A DNA stretch of 64,000 bases from Podarcis tiliguerta (Eukaryota): assembly GCA_965153285.1 (NCBI GenBank), contig OZ229117.1. One strand, 5' to 3'. Of this stretch, positions 12,681-25,367 are shown one piece after another. The notes beneath the pieces were generated by a model. That model saw only the letters and a program-made list of their open reading frames with translations. It was not told the DNA's origin and searched no databases. Position numbers and translations under genes: made by a program. Numbering within the stretch: position 1 is the stretch's first letter; the number at the start of each line of letters is the position of its first letter.

Positions 12681-13104
12681 AGCACACACGTAAGTGGTTG
12701 ATGTTTTCGGAATATTTGATCAAAGTGGAAAAATCTCGTTCTGCTTTTCTGGTTAGGTCAGTTCTGAGCTGGGCTCACCTGATCAGGAAGCTTGTTTCAA
12801 ACGTGGCCAAATCCTTATGCTTTTACAGTTTGTTTTCTCCTTGGCATCTTTTCCTTCAAAAGGTTGGCTTTGAAACTGACAGCCGGGCGGTGTGTCCAAG
12901 CTACTCAGATTACAAGTTTTTTTCAGTAGAATCCAAACGATGGAATGCTTTAAAAAAAAATCACAAGGGACAAAGGCAAGAACATCACCCCAGAAGAAAT
13001 TCCACACAAATTTGGGCAGAGCTGGGTGTTTTATATAGCTCTCTCTCTTTCTCCCCCCCCCCCATAAAACTTGAATTTGGGGAGTAACCAAGTGAGAAAC
13101 CCCA

Positions 13105-13285
13105 GTGTTGTTTAGTAGTTAGAGTGGCTGGACTAGGGCCAGAGAGACCTCAGTTCAAGAGTACTGAACCTTGGAAAAGTAACTATTTCTCAGCCAAATC
13201 CACCCATGGGGTTGTTGTGAGGATAAGTTAAGGGAGGACCATGTACATTGCCCTGTGTGCTTTAGAGGAAGTGTGGGGTAAAAAA
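13105..13285 (+). mobile_element. MIR-like/L2-partner tRNA-derived SINE
   Basis: Decayed tRNA head GTTTAGTAGTTAGAGTG...GTTCAA and GGGTTGTTGTGAGGATAA core; a related copy lies at about 53960-54160. Confidence 0.55.
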
Positions 13286-13785
13286 AAACAAAATACAATG
13301 AATTAACACAACCAGGTCTCTCAAAAGGAAGAAGTTCTTCATGCTACACTTCAGTTAACTTGAGGAACTCACTGCCACAATATACAGAGTTGGCCACTAA
13401 GCAAAGCCAGCTTTTTTTAAAAAAAGAAAAGTGAGGGTGATTAGTCCAGTCATAGGTGAAGACTACTTTTCCTCATTCCTTTGTTGCATGCCAGGAATGG
13501 CAGTTTCTTTCTTTCTTAAGGGGGCAACAGAAGTTGGCCTTTACTGCCCCATGCCACCTTCAGCTCAACTCAGCCTCCTTTTAATGCAGGGTTAGGGAAA
13601 CCGAACCTCCGGGTCTCATTGGGCTTCCTGGTCCCATCATCCTGTTAGGGATTTTTGTGAGTCAGATCCAGCAACATCTTGAGTGGCAGCAGATTCCTCA
13701 AACCAGGTCTAGGGGATGAGGACAGTGCTGTTCATTGAGGGATTCCCCCCAGCCCCAGTTAGCCAAGAGCCCTGGATATTAAGCC

Positions 13786-13920
13786 CTCCTTTCTCAACCT
13801 TGGGCCCCCATATTTTGTTGGACTACAACTCCCATCATCCATAGCTAGCAGGACCAGCGGCCAGGGATGATGGGAGTTGTAATCCAACAACATCTGGAGG
13901 CGCAAGGTTGAGAAAGGCTG
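13786..13920. mobile_element. hAT-type palindromic MITE
   Basis: CCTTTCTCAACCTTG...CAAGGTTGAGAAAGG inverted ends; internal ACAACTCCCATCATCC/GGATGATGGGAGTTGT inverted repeat. Confidence 0.8.
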
Positions 13921-14894
13921 CGTTAAGCTGTCAGAGACTATCCTTTCCATTGGGTTGGGATGGCTAGTATTAGCAGTATCTTCTGTTCTATCCTTATTCC
14001 GAGCCCAGGGATGATACTACCATTGGAATAAACAACATTAAAAATTGCTTGCAGCTTCCCACTCTTCTCTTTACTTAAAATAAATGTTTGAAAAATATGT
14101 GCCAGGAAAGAAAGGGGGAAAAAATGTTGCTTGCCTAAACTTACACCCTATGAAGAAACTTAATGGGCACGGCGGTCTGAATCTTTTGCATCCATTATTC
14201 TGGGCCAGGAGAGGGAGGGAGGGAAAGCCAAGACCTGGATCCCCTGGAAGCAAGCAGATGAATTTTTATTTTGAGCTAAACGTCTCGAACTAAAGGCATT
14301 GAAGGAAGCGGGGCAAAGTCACCACCAGCGCAAGGTGCCAGAGTGCGGAAGCGTAACTCTCCCGCTAATGCCTTTGGACGCCGGCTCTTCTGTGACAGTT
14401 GCAGCTCAGGCAAACAGATTGGAGGGTTCCAGACGTGCTTTTTGTGGGGGGGCAGGGTGCCATTTCCTTGATGCGCCTTTTGGCTGCTCAGGTGAATGAG
14501 ATTGGGGGCGGGGGAAGCCTTTCTCGCAAGGTTTCCAGGTCTGCCTCCAAAGTGTGCTCCCTCCTGCACCTTTAATAAATAGCATCGTTATTACCCCTAC
14601 TCCTATAAATGTTATTACTATTGTTATTTATGGAATTCCTACCCTGTCCTTTGTCCGGAAGGAGCCCAGGGTGGCAAACAACAAATTAGTAAAACGTAGC
14701 AATTAAAATAAAATAAATGGTGTTTTAAATGTTGGGTTGTATCCAGTGGTAGTCATACTCAGAGTAACTCCACTGAAGTGTAAGGGACATGATTTGTTGT
14801 TGTTGTTTAATTTTAAATTCCAGCCTTAATCCAAAGATCACAGGGCAGTTTATAACATAAATGCTAATTTATGAACTCCATTAATCTGAAGGGG

Positions 14895-15200
14895 TCTGTT
14901 CTGAAAAAAGCCTTCTCGGTGGTGGTGCTCCTAGACTCTGGAACTCCCTCCCTGGAGAAGCTAGACCGACTCTCTCCTTGCTATTCTTCTGCCACCAGGT
15001 GAAGACCTTGTTCCAATATTTGGGCAATTCGCTGATTTTAATGAAAGTGCTGTTTTCATTGTAATTATTTGTATGTTTCAAACAGATTTTATATATGTTG
15101 TATCAATTCTTTTAATTTTTTAAAAAATTATTCCCCCCCCCCTCTGTTTTTAGCCATTCTTGCTTTTATCTTTAAGCCACCTTGGTATAAATAAATAAAT
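14895..15200 (+). mobile_element. L2-like LINE 3' fragment
   Basis: GCCTTCTCGGTGGTGGTGCTCCTAGACTCTGGAACTCCCTCCC (AFS...P.LWNSLP motif) with an AT-rich tail ending (TAAA)n. Confidence 0.6.
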
Positions 15201-15619
15201 ATAGAATGGTGATAATAATAAAGCCTAGTTGCGTACAACCTGTTCAGTGCATCTGAACACATTGTAAAATGAACAGGGTCCAAGGAGATTCCATCTCAAC
15301 TCTTGTTTGTGAGGATCGCTCGGCACCCTCATTTTCGCGGCTTCTCTTTTTCACACATCATCGTTGTCCTCAAAGCCTGCAACTTCTCGCAGGTCTCTTC
15401 CACTGTCAGGAAGCAATGCTCGCCCCTTGCTCTGTGGTCCAAGGTCTCCTGCATTGTTCCTCTCCCCTGCCTGCGTGATCAGGATGTGGGTTTTTTTTGG
15501 CGGGGGGAGAAGGGGAAGTGGGCTTCCCCAGTTTGTGCTGCTCATGGGGTTGGGGTGGTTAGATGTGGAAAGCCAGGCGTGTGTGCGGACGGGTGGAGGG
15601 AGAGGGGTTGCAGACTCCT

Positions 15620-16140
15620 TGCAGCGAAGGTGTTAACTAATAGCAGGTGATTAAACATGACAAGCGGTGACATTTCTTTGTGGGCTTCTCAGTACCAGCC
15701 CTGCCAAGAAAGAAGCTATAAAGGCTGACATTTTGTGTTATGCACTGAGGTTTTTAATAGACAGCCTTCCTCCTCCCTGTTTATTTCTTTGCTTCGTTCC
15801 CTCTTTCGCTGCTCCTTTCATTCCTTTCGCTGCCCGCATCCCTCTGTTTTCAGACATCTGCGCTTCAATGTCTCGACCCTTTCTCCCCAAACCTCTTCTT
15901 TTTTCACAAATCTCTTCCCTGCACCCTTTCCTTTCCATCCCCACCGGCAGATCAGAGTTGAGTTGCGTGCCTTTATTTTTGCCGTCCTGCTTTCCGCTAT
16001 CCCTCTGTTCCGCGCGCTGAAATCCTCTCTCTCCGGCCGTTTTGACACAGTGAAACTTCGGCTCCAGCCGTTCAAATGCATTTTTCCTGACTCCTGGACT
16101 GTTCTCGGAGACCGAGCTTAAAAACACGGGGAGGGCAGAG
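15620..16140. promoter_or_regulatory. Conserved-looking block plus CpG-dense pyrimidine-rich region
   Basis: AGGTGTTAA (T-box-like), TGATTAA and TGACA motifs at 15625-15765; roughly 20 CpG in 15790-16130 by eye. Confidence 0.4.
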
Positions 16141-17571
16141 GGAAGGCAGGCAGCTCTCCGAGAAGAAGCCTGTGCCTCCTCTCCCCCAAGCTGGGTGAAC
16201 GGTGCAAAAGTTGGACCACTAACTCTATCCCTAGCTGGGCTCCTCTCTCCACTGTTGGAGGGAGGCAACCCTGCTTTCTTTTATAAGTAAATGTGCCATT
16301 TTTTAAAGAGTCTTTTTCCGTTCCCTTCCTCTCCCCTCCACCAACTCCCCCATTCTTTTCCCCTCACTGATTTCTTCCTTTGCTTTCTCCTCCCTTTCTC
16401 GCATACTCTCTGTTGCCTCTCTTCTCCTTTCTCGAGGGAGAAGGGGGTGTCCTGATGCGATGCCGTAACCACCATCAGATTAGGCAGTTGTTCTTCCCGG
16501 GAGCAGGTGCTCCTGCGGGATGGTTGCTCTGTGTGTTGTCTTTTAAAAACAGAGGACATTTTTTTGGCTTGACTCATAAAATGGTATTCTTCGGAGCTTC
16601 CACCCTCTTTTTCTTCTTCTTCTTTTTTTTAAAGTTCAGGGGCCGGGCAACTGAGTTTTAGGAACAGTTGCTGGCTTTATTCTAAAAAGAAGGCAACAGT
16701 TGTGCGGAGGGGAAAGGACGAGACAACTGCAGATTCTCTCTCTCTCTTTTCATACCTCTGGGAAGGGCATTTGGAGGTGACGGCCATTGCCGCATCCCCT
16801 TTCCATAGCTGGCCCGACTGGCTGGCTGCATCGCTGCTGACTTTCAAATTTGCCATGCACAGTTTGCGTGTATAGGATTTGCTCAGTGTAAGCAGAAACC
16901 CGTTTTTTTAAAGGCGGGAAGGTTTGAGTGCAGCCCATCTAAATCCAAGGCACGCCCTAGCAGAAGAAAGATGCATCCATCAGGGGCTGTAAGCCACGGT
17001 AACTCAGTCGAGCCTCCAAGTCTAGAGGCAGTCTACCTCAGTAATGCCAGAGGCTAGAGGAGAATAGGAGGGGCTTCTTGTTGAGTCCGGCTTTGTGAAG
17101 CTTCCCAGGCTTGTGAACTGATTGCTGTGGGTAGCAAAATGCTGGCATAGATTAGGCACGGGGAGCCTGTGTGCCCCCCTACAATGTATTTGGTACTGGG
17201 ATTGTTGGGGCAGTACACCATTAGCCATCATGGACAAGGCTCCACTGAGGCCACAGGTTCTCCCTTCTTGACCTAGGTGGCTCTTGTTTCTGATCCAGGG
17301 ATAAGTTCTTACATTCTTAAAATTCTGGACAAGTTCAGGGCGGGAAGGGGGCAGATTGCCAACTGCTCCAAAGTCCTCGAGCTGCTCTGAGGAGGGTGTC
17401 TCTACTTTGCCATGTTGGCAGTTGAAGGGGGCTTTGATTGAGGTGCTCAGCCTTCGTTTCCTGGTTCAGGCCTTCCATAAATAATGCTTGCGCTTGGATG
17501 CCTTCCAATCCCTCGTGTGTTGTCCAATGTATCTCCAGAACTGAATGCTTGGTTGGCATGCCGAGCTGAAT

Positions 17572-17748
17572 GCAGCTCGGTGGAGCATCTGCTTTGCATG
17601 CAGAAGGTCCCAGGTCCAACCTCTGTTGTCTCCAGGTAGAGCTGGGAATACCTCCCGCCTGGGAGAGCTGCTGGCAGCCAGTGTAGTCAGTATTGAGCTA
17701 GGTGGGCCCAACATTCTGATTCAGTATAAGGCACCTTCCTCTGTTTCT
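17572..17748 (+). mobile_element. Squam3-like SINE
   Basis: GAGCATCTGCTTTGCATGCAGAAGGTCCCAGG...TCAGTATAAGGCACCTTCCT. Confidence 0.8.
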
Positions 17749-18807
17749 GTTCAAATGCATGTAAGAGGAGGGTGCCGTCACCTTTCACCTTCCCCCCTCC
17801 AGACCAGTTTATCACCACCCAAAGCCAATATGCATTGGCCATCTTTCTGAGGGAATATTAGACCTGAAACAAAAGTCCGAGTGAAGGACATATTGGCTGC
17901 AGCCAACTGAGTAATATTAGAGTGCATGAGAATTTAAGAAGGGCTCTGGATCTCGATCAGACCAGTGACCCATCTTGTCTAATATCCTGTTCTCACAGTG
18001 GCCAGCCAGATGCCTCTGGGAATCCCACAGAAAGCACCACTGAAAATAAACGAACCTAAGTAGGTCATGTGCATTAACGTCAATGAGACTACTCTTAGTA
18101 GGAGTGGCATTGAGTGCATCCCTCTATTTGCATTCTGCTGCCCCCTCAAAGCCCAAATAGGAACTTCTCTGAGTCCGCTTTCCATGTGTCTCCCACCGAT
18201 CTTTCTCTTTCCTTCCCATCAGATGCTCCTCCCGTCCACCAGATCTCATTGATCCAACTCTACAGACAGTGACTTCAGCACAAGCTGCCAAGTAGGGCAG
18301 ATCAATAGGTATCTTGAAAGGGAAGGGTGGTTGGCAGCTGGGGCAGCTGTTTTGGTCCCCCCCCCACTCCCATCTCTCTCTCTTCTCTCCCCTCCACCCA
18401 GTCGCTGCCTCTTTTGTTGCCATCAGTGGGAGAGCAAGAACAGGAGATGCTGCAAGGGCAGTAGCCAAGCTGGAATTACTTAGGCAGTGTCCAGAATGCT
18501 AGATAAACAATATCCTGTTTTCCCAGGGATTTGTCTCTGCAGATTTAAAACCCTAAGAAACGGCACCAATTCTCTTGTTTGCTAAAAAAAAAAAGCAGAA
18601 AAACAAAAAACAAATCTACCAGTTGAAAAGGGAGGGGGTGAAATGTTTCCCTCACCTTACATTCTCAGCATCCCTTCTTAAAAACCAGAAAAGATCAGGT
18701 TTTTATTTTAAACGGAATAATAAGTTTCTAGCCCTCATGTTATCAGAAAGGAATCTTCTTGGCCGGTAAGCCAGAAGACTTTATGCTTTCCACCTCAGAA
18801 GGTGTTA

Positions 18808-18929
18808 GGTTTTTAAGCAGAGGTTGGATGGCCATCTGTCAGGGATGCTTTAGTGGAGATTCCTGCAATGCAGTGGGTTGGACTAGATGACCCTTGGTGT
18901 CCCTTCCAACACTAGAGTTCTATGATTCT
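18808..18929 (+). mobile_element. CR1 LINE 3' end
   Basis: GGTTTTTAAGCAGAGGTTGGATGGCCATCTGTCAGGGATGCTTTAG (VFKQRLDGHLSGML*), then the 3' UTR and TTCTATGATTCT terminus. Confidence 0.85.
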
Positions 18930-19904
18930 TAACATATTGGTTGGCTCACTATCTTACCTGATAAGTTTGATCAGTCCTGAGCTGTCTACTTTTTGTTCTT
19001 TGGTTTTTTGCTAGAATCCCCATGGTCAACTCAAGTATGTTAAATTTACAAAGCAAGCAGGCGCTGTTTGGATTCTCTTTGAAAGCCAGGTGTAACTAAG
19101 TGATCTTGACTCTGCGCTCTTGATTAAGAATGCATTGCAGGAAGTACCACACTGGGTTTTATAGAAGGCTACCCATGTCCCAGTATCCTTTGCAAGTGTC
19201 CCAGTACTAGATGTCCCAACAGATACTGGTCAATAGTCTCCTTTCTTACCCAATCCTGAGCCATTTGTTCCACAGGAGAGCCAGCCAGTTTAAGAGGACA
19301 AGCAAACCAAGCTGTTGCTCAGGGCTTTGGTATTCTTTGCAAGGATAGAAGCACCTGTCCATTTCAGTTTTCTCTGTTTCTCCCCCCCCCCCCCCAGTCT
19401 TAAATTCTGCATGCCACATTTCTGCAGCCGTTTGCAATTGATTATGCATTTTTGTAAACTCTGGTTGGAAATTACAAAATTTGGGAAAGTGTGGATTTTG
19501 AAGGATGGGTGTGTTTCAGTTCTAATGTGAATTTGACACATTTGCCTTTAAATTCAAATTGAATCAGTTTTCTCCCCCATCCCAGATTCTTAGGGGCTTG
19601 TGTGCATTCTGGGGGGCAGGGGTAGCAAACGTCAGCATCTTCTGAGGTATTGCAAGGAATCCTGGTAGCTGATGGGGCATCAGCCAGCCTCTTGGGCAAG
19701 TGCCCCCTGCTCTTAGCTCACAGGCATGCCTCGATTGTGCGTGGCATTTTCCTGAGAGTCCGACCGATAGTTTTGCAGGGCGTTCTTAGGTGGTTGGCAG
19801 CGGGGAGGGTTGGGCTGTGGCCTGTGCTTTCCCTTCTCCTTTCCCGTTCTCCAAGCCCTCCATTAACCTGTTAGCCACCTCTCCCTCTAAGCAGGTGCCG
19901 AACG

Positions 19905-20070
19905 CTTCTCTGCAGTAAAAGTTAATGAAATGAGTATTTCGGGATAGGGAGGGGGGCGGGAGGGAAGTGGTGTAGTGCACCCTCGGGCCCAGGGCTTATT
20001 AATGGTGACCCGCCATTAAAAGACGAAAGTGCTAACCTGGTCATATTTAGCAGCTTTCGACAGCATCCCC
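19905..20070. promoter_or_regulatory. Putative conserved enhancer block with G4 motif
   Basis: TTAATGA, inverted TTAATGG/CCATTAA pair, G-runs at 19941-19964. Confidence 0.4.
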
Positions 20071-20767
20071 ACGGCCTCCACCAGCAATATCAACTCCTGC
20101 CTCTCTCTCTCCCCTCAGCCCTGGGCCAGCAGGAGCTGACTCCGGACTTTTCTTTGCTACGATGACTCTGCTGAGTGTCTCCAAGCTGCCGCCTCCGCCA
20201 CCACTGCCAAGCAAGGAGAAACTGGCCCACCCCCTCCCCTTTCCCTGCCGCTGTCTGGAGCAGCTCTGCAGCCTTATAAATGCCAGGGCTTGGCAGAGGA
20301 TCGGATCCTGGCTCTTGAGCTTTGCTGAACCTAGACAACCAAGGAGGGGTTTTTACCTTGAGGGGAGGCCATATACCTTTAATATGCAGGTCCCGTTTCT
20401 GGTCAGAGAGCAGAGAATGGGTTAGCATCACATGACACTCCTGAACAGCACCCCCTCATTTCAGGGAGTGAGGAGGGTCCCCTCTGGAACACAAAGCCGG
20501 CTCCAGCCACGGAGGCAAACTGTGACTGCACAGGGTGCCAGCATCCTGCAGGGACCTCGCTCAGCTTCAGAAGGGTCTTGGAGAAAGAACAAATGTGCCT
20601 ATATTCTTGTGTGTGTGTTTGGGGGCAGGGGGTTTACAAGCACTTAGCAGCTTGCAGGCTGAGCAATATCACCTGGGGCCTATTGGAAATAATAGGGTGG
20701 GAGGAAAGGAACCCTACAGGATGTGGAGCCATAGCCAATGACCGGCGGAATCAACTAACTCTAATTT

Positions 20768-21145
20768 CATAGAACTGTAGAGTTGGAAGGGACCCCAGGA
20801 TCATTTAGCCCAACCTTCTGCAACACAGGAATCTCAACTATAGCATCCATGACAGGTGGCCATCCAACCTCTGCTTAAAAACCCCCCGTAAAGGAGAGTC
20901 CACCACCTTCCAAGGGAGTCCGTTCCACAATTAAACAGCTCTTAATGTCAGAAGGTTATTCCTGATGTTTAGTCAAAATCTCCTTTCTTGTCGCTTGAAG
21001 CCATTGGTTCGGGTCCTAGCTTCCAGAGCAGGAGAAAACAAGCTTACTGCATCTTCCATGTTACAGCCTTTTAGATATTTGAAAATGGCTATCCTGTCTC
21101 CTCTTTTCCAGCCTAAACATCCCCAGCTCACTCAACTGTTCCACC
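20768..21145 (-). mobile_element. 5'-truncated CR1 LINE (ORF2 C-terminus plus 3' UTR)
   Basis: TCATAGAACTGTAGAGTTGGAAGGGACCC tail, CCATCCAACCTCTGCTTAAAAACC, CTCTTTTCCAGCCTAAACATCCCCAGCTC. Confidence 0.85.
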
Positions 21146-21504
21146 CATCATCTGTCTTGCTGAGTTGAACAAGGGCAACCCTGAAGCAAAGTTGGGTGGG
21201 TAGGTGATAGGCAGTGCCACCGCTGCCCACAGGCTGGTTGTAAATAAGCAGGTGGGCATGCAAGGAGTGGCTGAGGTTGGTGGGGCAGCGGCCTCATCCA
21301 CCCCAGTGGACCAGCCTCCCCTTCCTTACAATTCATAGGATGCAGCTGAGGAGATGGTAGGGTTCCTCCCTCCCCCCAATAGTTATGATGTTGCTCAGCT
21401 TACATTAAGACCAAGTGAAAGCAAGTTCATTTAGAATATCAAACAGTAAGAAATAACCCAAGCCCTTGAGCCAGCTTGAACCTGAATTCAAGTCCCAGCA
21501 GAGA

Positions 21505-21813
21505 GGCAGGCAGCATGGTGTGGACTACAACTCCCATCGTCTCTAAATATTGACCATGCCAGCTGCAAGGGCTGATGGGAGTTGGAGCCCAGTGACATCT
21601 GGAGGGGCATCACATTGGCTTCTCCTAGAGCAGGAGCTGATGTTTGAAACCAGTAGAACCCAAGGCAGTTAATAGGACCTAGACCAGAGGTGGTTAACCT
21701 GTGGCTCTTCATATGTTGCTGGACTATAACTCCCATCATCCCCTGGATCATTGACCATGCTGGAGTTGGAGTCCAATGAATTCTGGAGGTGCAGCAGTTA
21801 GCATGTCAGCCTG
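21505..21813. mobile_element. Two adjacent hAT-type palindromic MITEs
   Basis: GGACTACAACTCCCATC and GGACTATAACTCCCATCATCCC cores, at about 21505-21628 and 21685-21813. Confidence 0.65.
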
Positions 21814-21921
21814 GAGCTGGGGAGAGCCAACCATAAAGTTCCCTGACTGACCTTGGCCCCGTCCCTAACTCATCACCTAAGAAGGGCTTGGCTTCGGGAT
21901 GAGGTTAAAGACCCAGTCATA

Positions 21922-22067
21922 GCCTGGATAGCTCCATTGGTTAGAGCGTGGTGCTGATAATACCAAGGTTGCAGATTCAATCCCCATATGGGACAGCTGC
22001 ACATCCCTGCTTTGGGTAGATGATCCTCAGGGTTCCTTCCAACTCAACAATTCTGTGATTCTGTGAT
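21922..22067 (+). mobile_element. tRNA-Ile(GAT)-headed SINE with CR1-derived tail
   Basis: TAGCTCCATTGGTTAGAGCGTGGTGCTGATAATACCAAGGTTGCAGATTCAATCCCC, then TAGATGATCCTCAGGGTTCCTTCCAACTC...TTCTGTGATTCT. Confidence 0.8.
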
Positions 22068-23269
22068 CCTGTTCGCACAGTAGCCAAACAGGTGTTTACA
22101 AGCAGCCCCCGGAGAGGGTTGCTTTGAGGGCAAAACGTGGTGAGTGAGCATGAGCTCCTAGGAGGCAGGGTGAAGAAAAATGTAATACAGTTTGGTCTGT
22201 ACAGCCAGAGTAGCACCATGATGATCCAGCCTACACATCCAGACTCCTGTGGCATCAGTCCAACACCTCCTTTGCTTCTGGGCTTTCTCCTTCTCCCCGG
22301 CATAGCCAGCCAGGGCAGGTTGCCACTCTGTCGTGGCCGGGATCTCCAAAGCCTCCTTGAAGGAGGCTGCTGGTTTGGCAGCCGCACCAGAAGGGCAATC
22401 CTCTCTCACACTCGCGCACACACATTTGGCTCCATGCCCTGGCTGATCCAGAGCCAGGTCTTACAGCAAATCTCTGCATCCTGTTAGAAATCCTTAATCA
22501 GCTGGAGGCGGCTTTTGGGGAGGGGCTGGGGGCTGGAGAGGAGGGGGGATAAATAACATCCACCCACCCCCCTTCAGGTGGATCTGGTGGTAAATCAAAT
22601 TTTCTAGATGTACAGATGCTTTCTAAACAGATAGGTGGAGGAGAGCTGACTGTAGGTGTCCAGGGTTGTGGGAATGGCCCTCTGTATGTGCTCAGAGGCA
22701 TGCCATCCCTGCCCCTCTGTCTTGGAACTCTGGAGAACTCTCAAGAAGCCTGTATATCAGTAGGCTTCTCTGGGTAACCACAGTGGTTCATACCTTGTTC
22801 TGCAGTGTGCTTAATCCGACCTGGAAATGTCTTTGGTAGGATCCATCTGGGGAAATTTGCAAAGCACACATGCTGTGCATTCCTTTAAAAACATACACCA
22901 CCAGCAACAGCAACCAGGACACCAGTAGCAAAGAGTGTAAATAATGTCCCACTTCAGGTGTGTTCAGAGTTACACCCTGGCACATATCAGGCCTTGGAAA
23001 GGGCCAGCCCAAAAAAGTTTTGGCGTTTGACACCTCGGATCTAATTTCTGCTTATGAATTGTTGGATCAGTCCCATGGGAAGCTCTCTTCCATGAGCCGT
23101 ACTGGCCCTGCTTGTTACAGTGGGGCATGCCCCAGCGAACATCCCGGTGTCTGCTTTTGCTCTCAGAAGTCTCCAAAATCATTGGCTTGGAGTATCTGCC
23201 TCGCTTTGCTCCGCGATAGGGCTGCCTCTGAGCGTTGCGCTTTACTCAGGGAGCGGGGGGGGGGGGGAG

Positions 23270-23460
23270 TTGATTCAGCGGGCCTTCCCAGGCAGGCCCC
23301 TCCTGTCTTCTCCCACAGCTACCGTTTATTGCTGCGAATAACGCTGATGGATCTGAACAGCTCCAGCCAGGCGACCAGGGGAAAGAATAACAGGCTCCCG
23401 ATGTCGGGGGCGATTAAGGGCCATTGCTATTTAGGGAGAGACTGGTGGATTTAAGGCCGC
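23270..23460. promoter_or_regulatory. Putative conserved non-coding block
   Basis: TTTATTGC (posterior HOX/CDX-like), GATTAA, CATTG and CTATTTAG motifs; TE-free; CpGs retained. Confidence 0.35.
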
Positions 23461-23696
23461 TTCTGTTCTATTGTCTCGGCCTCTCGGGGCACTGGAGACA
23501 GGAATTTGGTGGATAAATTGGGGTGGGTGGGAGCAGGGGGGCATGTAGGGGGCAGAGGCCAGGTCTAAGCATTTCCGACCTGTCTTGGAATTGACCAGCA
23601 GTCCAGGCGTGGGTTTGGACAAGGGCACCTAGAATGGGAAATCAGAGTTATGAACAAGCAGGGGGCATGATCCAGCCATGCACATGGCCCCTGCAG

Positions 23697-24093
23697 TAGA
23701 GTTGGGGAAGGAGTTTGATTCACTTTGCATTGAAAGGCGAATGTCACTGAATTCACAGTTTCCGAAATAGCCTCTCTTTGAAATTTGCACTTCTTCAAAT
23801 TTTGCCATGCCAAGTAGTGTATAGAAAAGTTTATTCTTAGGGTAAAGTATGCATATAAAGGTATATATATTGGTGAAAATAAAATGCAAAGATGCATTAT
23901 ATATGGGGAAATTGCTTTGCAAAACTGCTAGGCAACATTACATACAGAAATGTGGATGTTGGGAGAAGTTTGCACTAAAATGCTGAAGAATTTTTAGGAG
24001 GGCTTTTTAGAAAGAGATTTGTGAACCAATGTGGAAATGTGGGAAAACAAGAAACTGAGATAAACCAAAATTGGTGTATTCACCCACCCCTAC
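23697..24093 (+). mobile_element. Old non-autonomous DNA transposon (hAT-like TAGGGATG-type ends)
   Basis: TAGAGTTGGGGAAGG...CACCCACCCCTA; an inverted homologous copy at about 60363-60800 and a fragment at about 19430-19585. Confidence 0.5.
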
Positions 24094-24537
24094 TCTGAAG
24101 GAATGGCTTGGAAGGGAAGTTTGGATGGTATTTTGATTCTCTGTAGCTCTGCGATGAATCATCCCATGCTCTGTATTTAATGACACAGCCATCTTCTTCC
24201 TCACAATGATTGCCTTATATCTCCATATATGTTGGTTACATTCACTCCAATGTTTTTTCTTTAGACTTTCTTTGGACAGAATTCCACAGCAAGGTCCTCT
24301 ATAAAGTGCTAATTCTTTCATTGCTGCGGCTTAGTAGCTGGTCAAATGAAAAGGAATCGAGGCTAGGCATAAACAAAATATTGCAGTGTGAAGCGCCCCT
24401 GTACAGGATACTTCATTCCATTTAGTCAGTCGTCATTGAGCTGTTAGGGGAAGTCCCCCCACCCATTTGAGTCCCCCCCCCCTAAATCTTTTGTACTTCC
24501 TGAAACCTAAGGATGCCCCCAAGCCTGCACATACCTT

Positions 24538-24832
24538 GTTCAGCATCCTGTTCTCCCAGTGGCCAACCAGATGCCCCTAGTGGGAAACTCACAAGCAGAA
24601 CCCGAGCACAAGAGCACTCTCTTCTCTTGTGATTTCCAGCAACTGGTATTGAGAAGCATACTGCTCCAGCAGTTTGACTTCACCCCTGGAAGTGCACTCC
24701 ATTGACTCTGGAGACAGATAGATGCCAACCCCTGCCTGCAGCAACAGTGGTGGTAGAACATAGCCATTGTGGCTAGTAGCCATTGATAGCTTTATCCTTC
24801 ATGAATTTGTCTAATCCTCTTGTAAATACATC
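24538..24832 (-). mobile_element. CR1 (second, older family) 3' end
   Basis: GGCTAGTAGCCATTGATAGCTTTATCCTTCATGAATTTGTCTAATCCTCTT (reverse encodes RGLDKFMKDKAINGY*) plus long 3' UTR. Relatives at 17930-18035, 33693-33920, 39441-39685, 49672-49905 (-) and 50690-50830 (+). Confidence 0.75.
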
Positions 24833-24960
24833 CTCTTGTGTGTGGAAGTTGATGTTTCATCTACAAAACAATTGGCACTCACTTCTGAAGATCAGGGTTA
24901 GAGGGACAGCTTATTAACTTTCCAAGTGAAGACGTATGGGCAGTTTAGGGTTGGAGACAG

Positions 24961-25091
24961 NNNNNNNNNNNNNNNNNNNNNNNNNNNNNNNNNNNNNNNN
25001 NNNNNNNNNNNNNNNNNNNNNNNNNNNNNNNNNNNNNNNNNNNNNNNNNNNNNNNNNNNNNNNNNNNNNNNNNNNNNNNNNNNNNNNNNNN
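24961..25091. other. Assembly gap (131 N)
   Basis: Run of N. Confidence 1.
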
Positions 25092-25367
25092 TAACATAGG
25101 TGCTGCAATATGCATACTCAATCATGTCTGCTCAAATAGATATTGTAGGTTGTTGTTCTACTTCAAAATCCTGCTGGATCTGTTTGACCAGAGACAATAA
25201 CAGGGCAAGCACTTTCCCTGTTAATGATGCCTCTTGTCCATCCACATTCTTAGTGTCCAGTGGGTCCTTCTTAAAAAAACACACTTAGTTGGAGGCCATG
25301 GAAAGGATTTGAATTGTTGTAAACCGTCTCTTGCTGAAGAGCATTTTATAAATATATGGGATATACA

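Noticed and set aside
23347-23365. ATGGATCTG (MDL...) considered as the CASZ1 start
   Set aside because: Continues NSSSQ rather than GT and has no phase-1 GT donor at the expected position.
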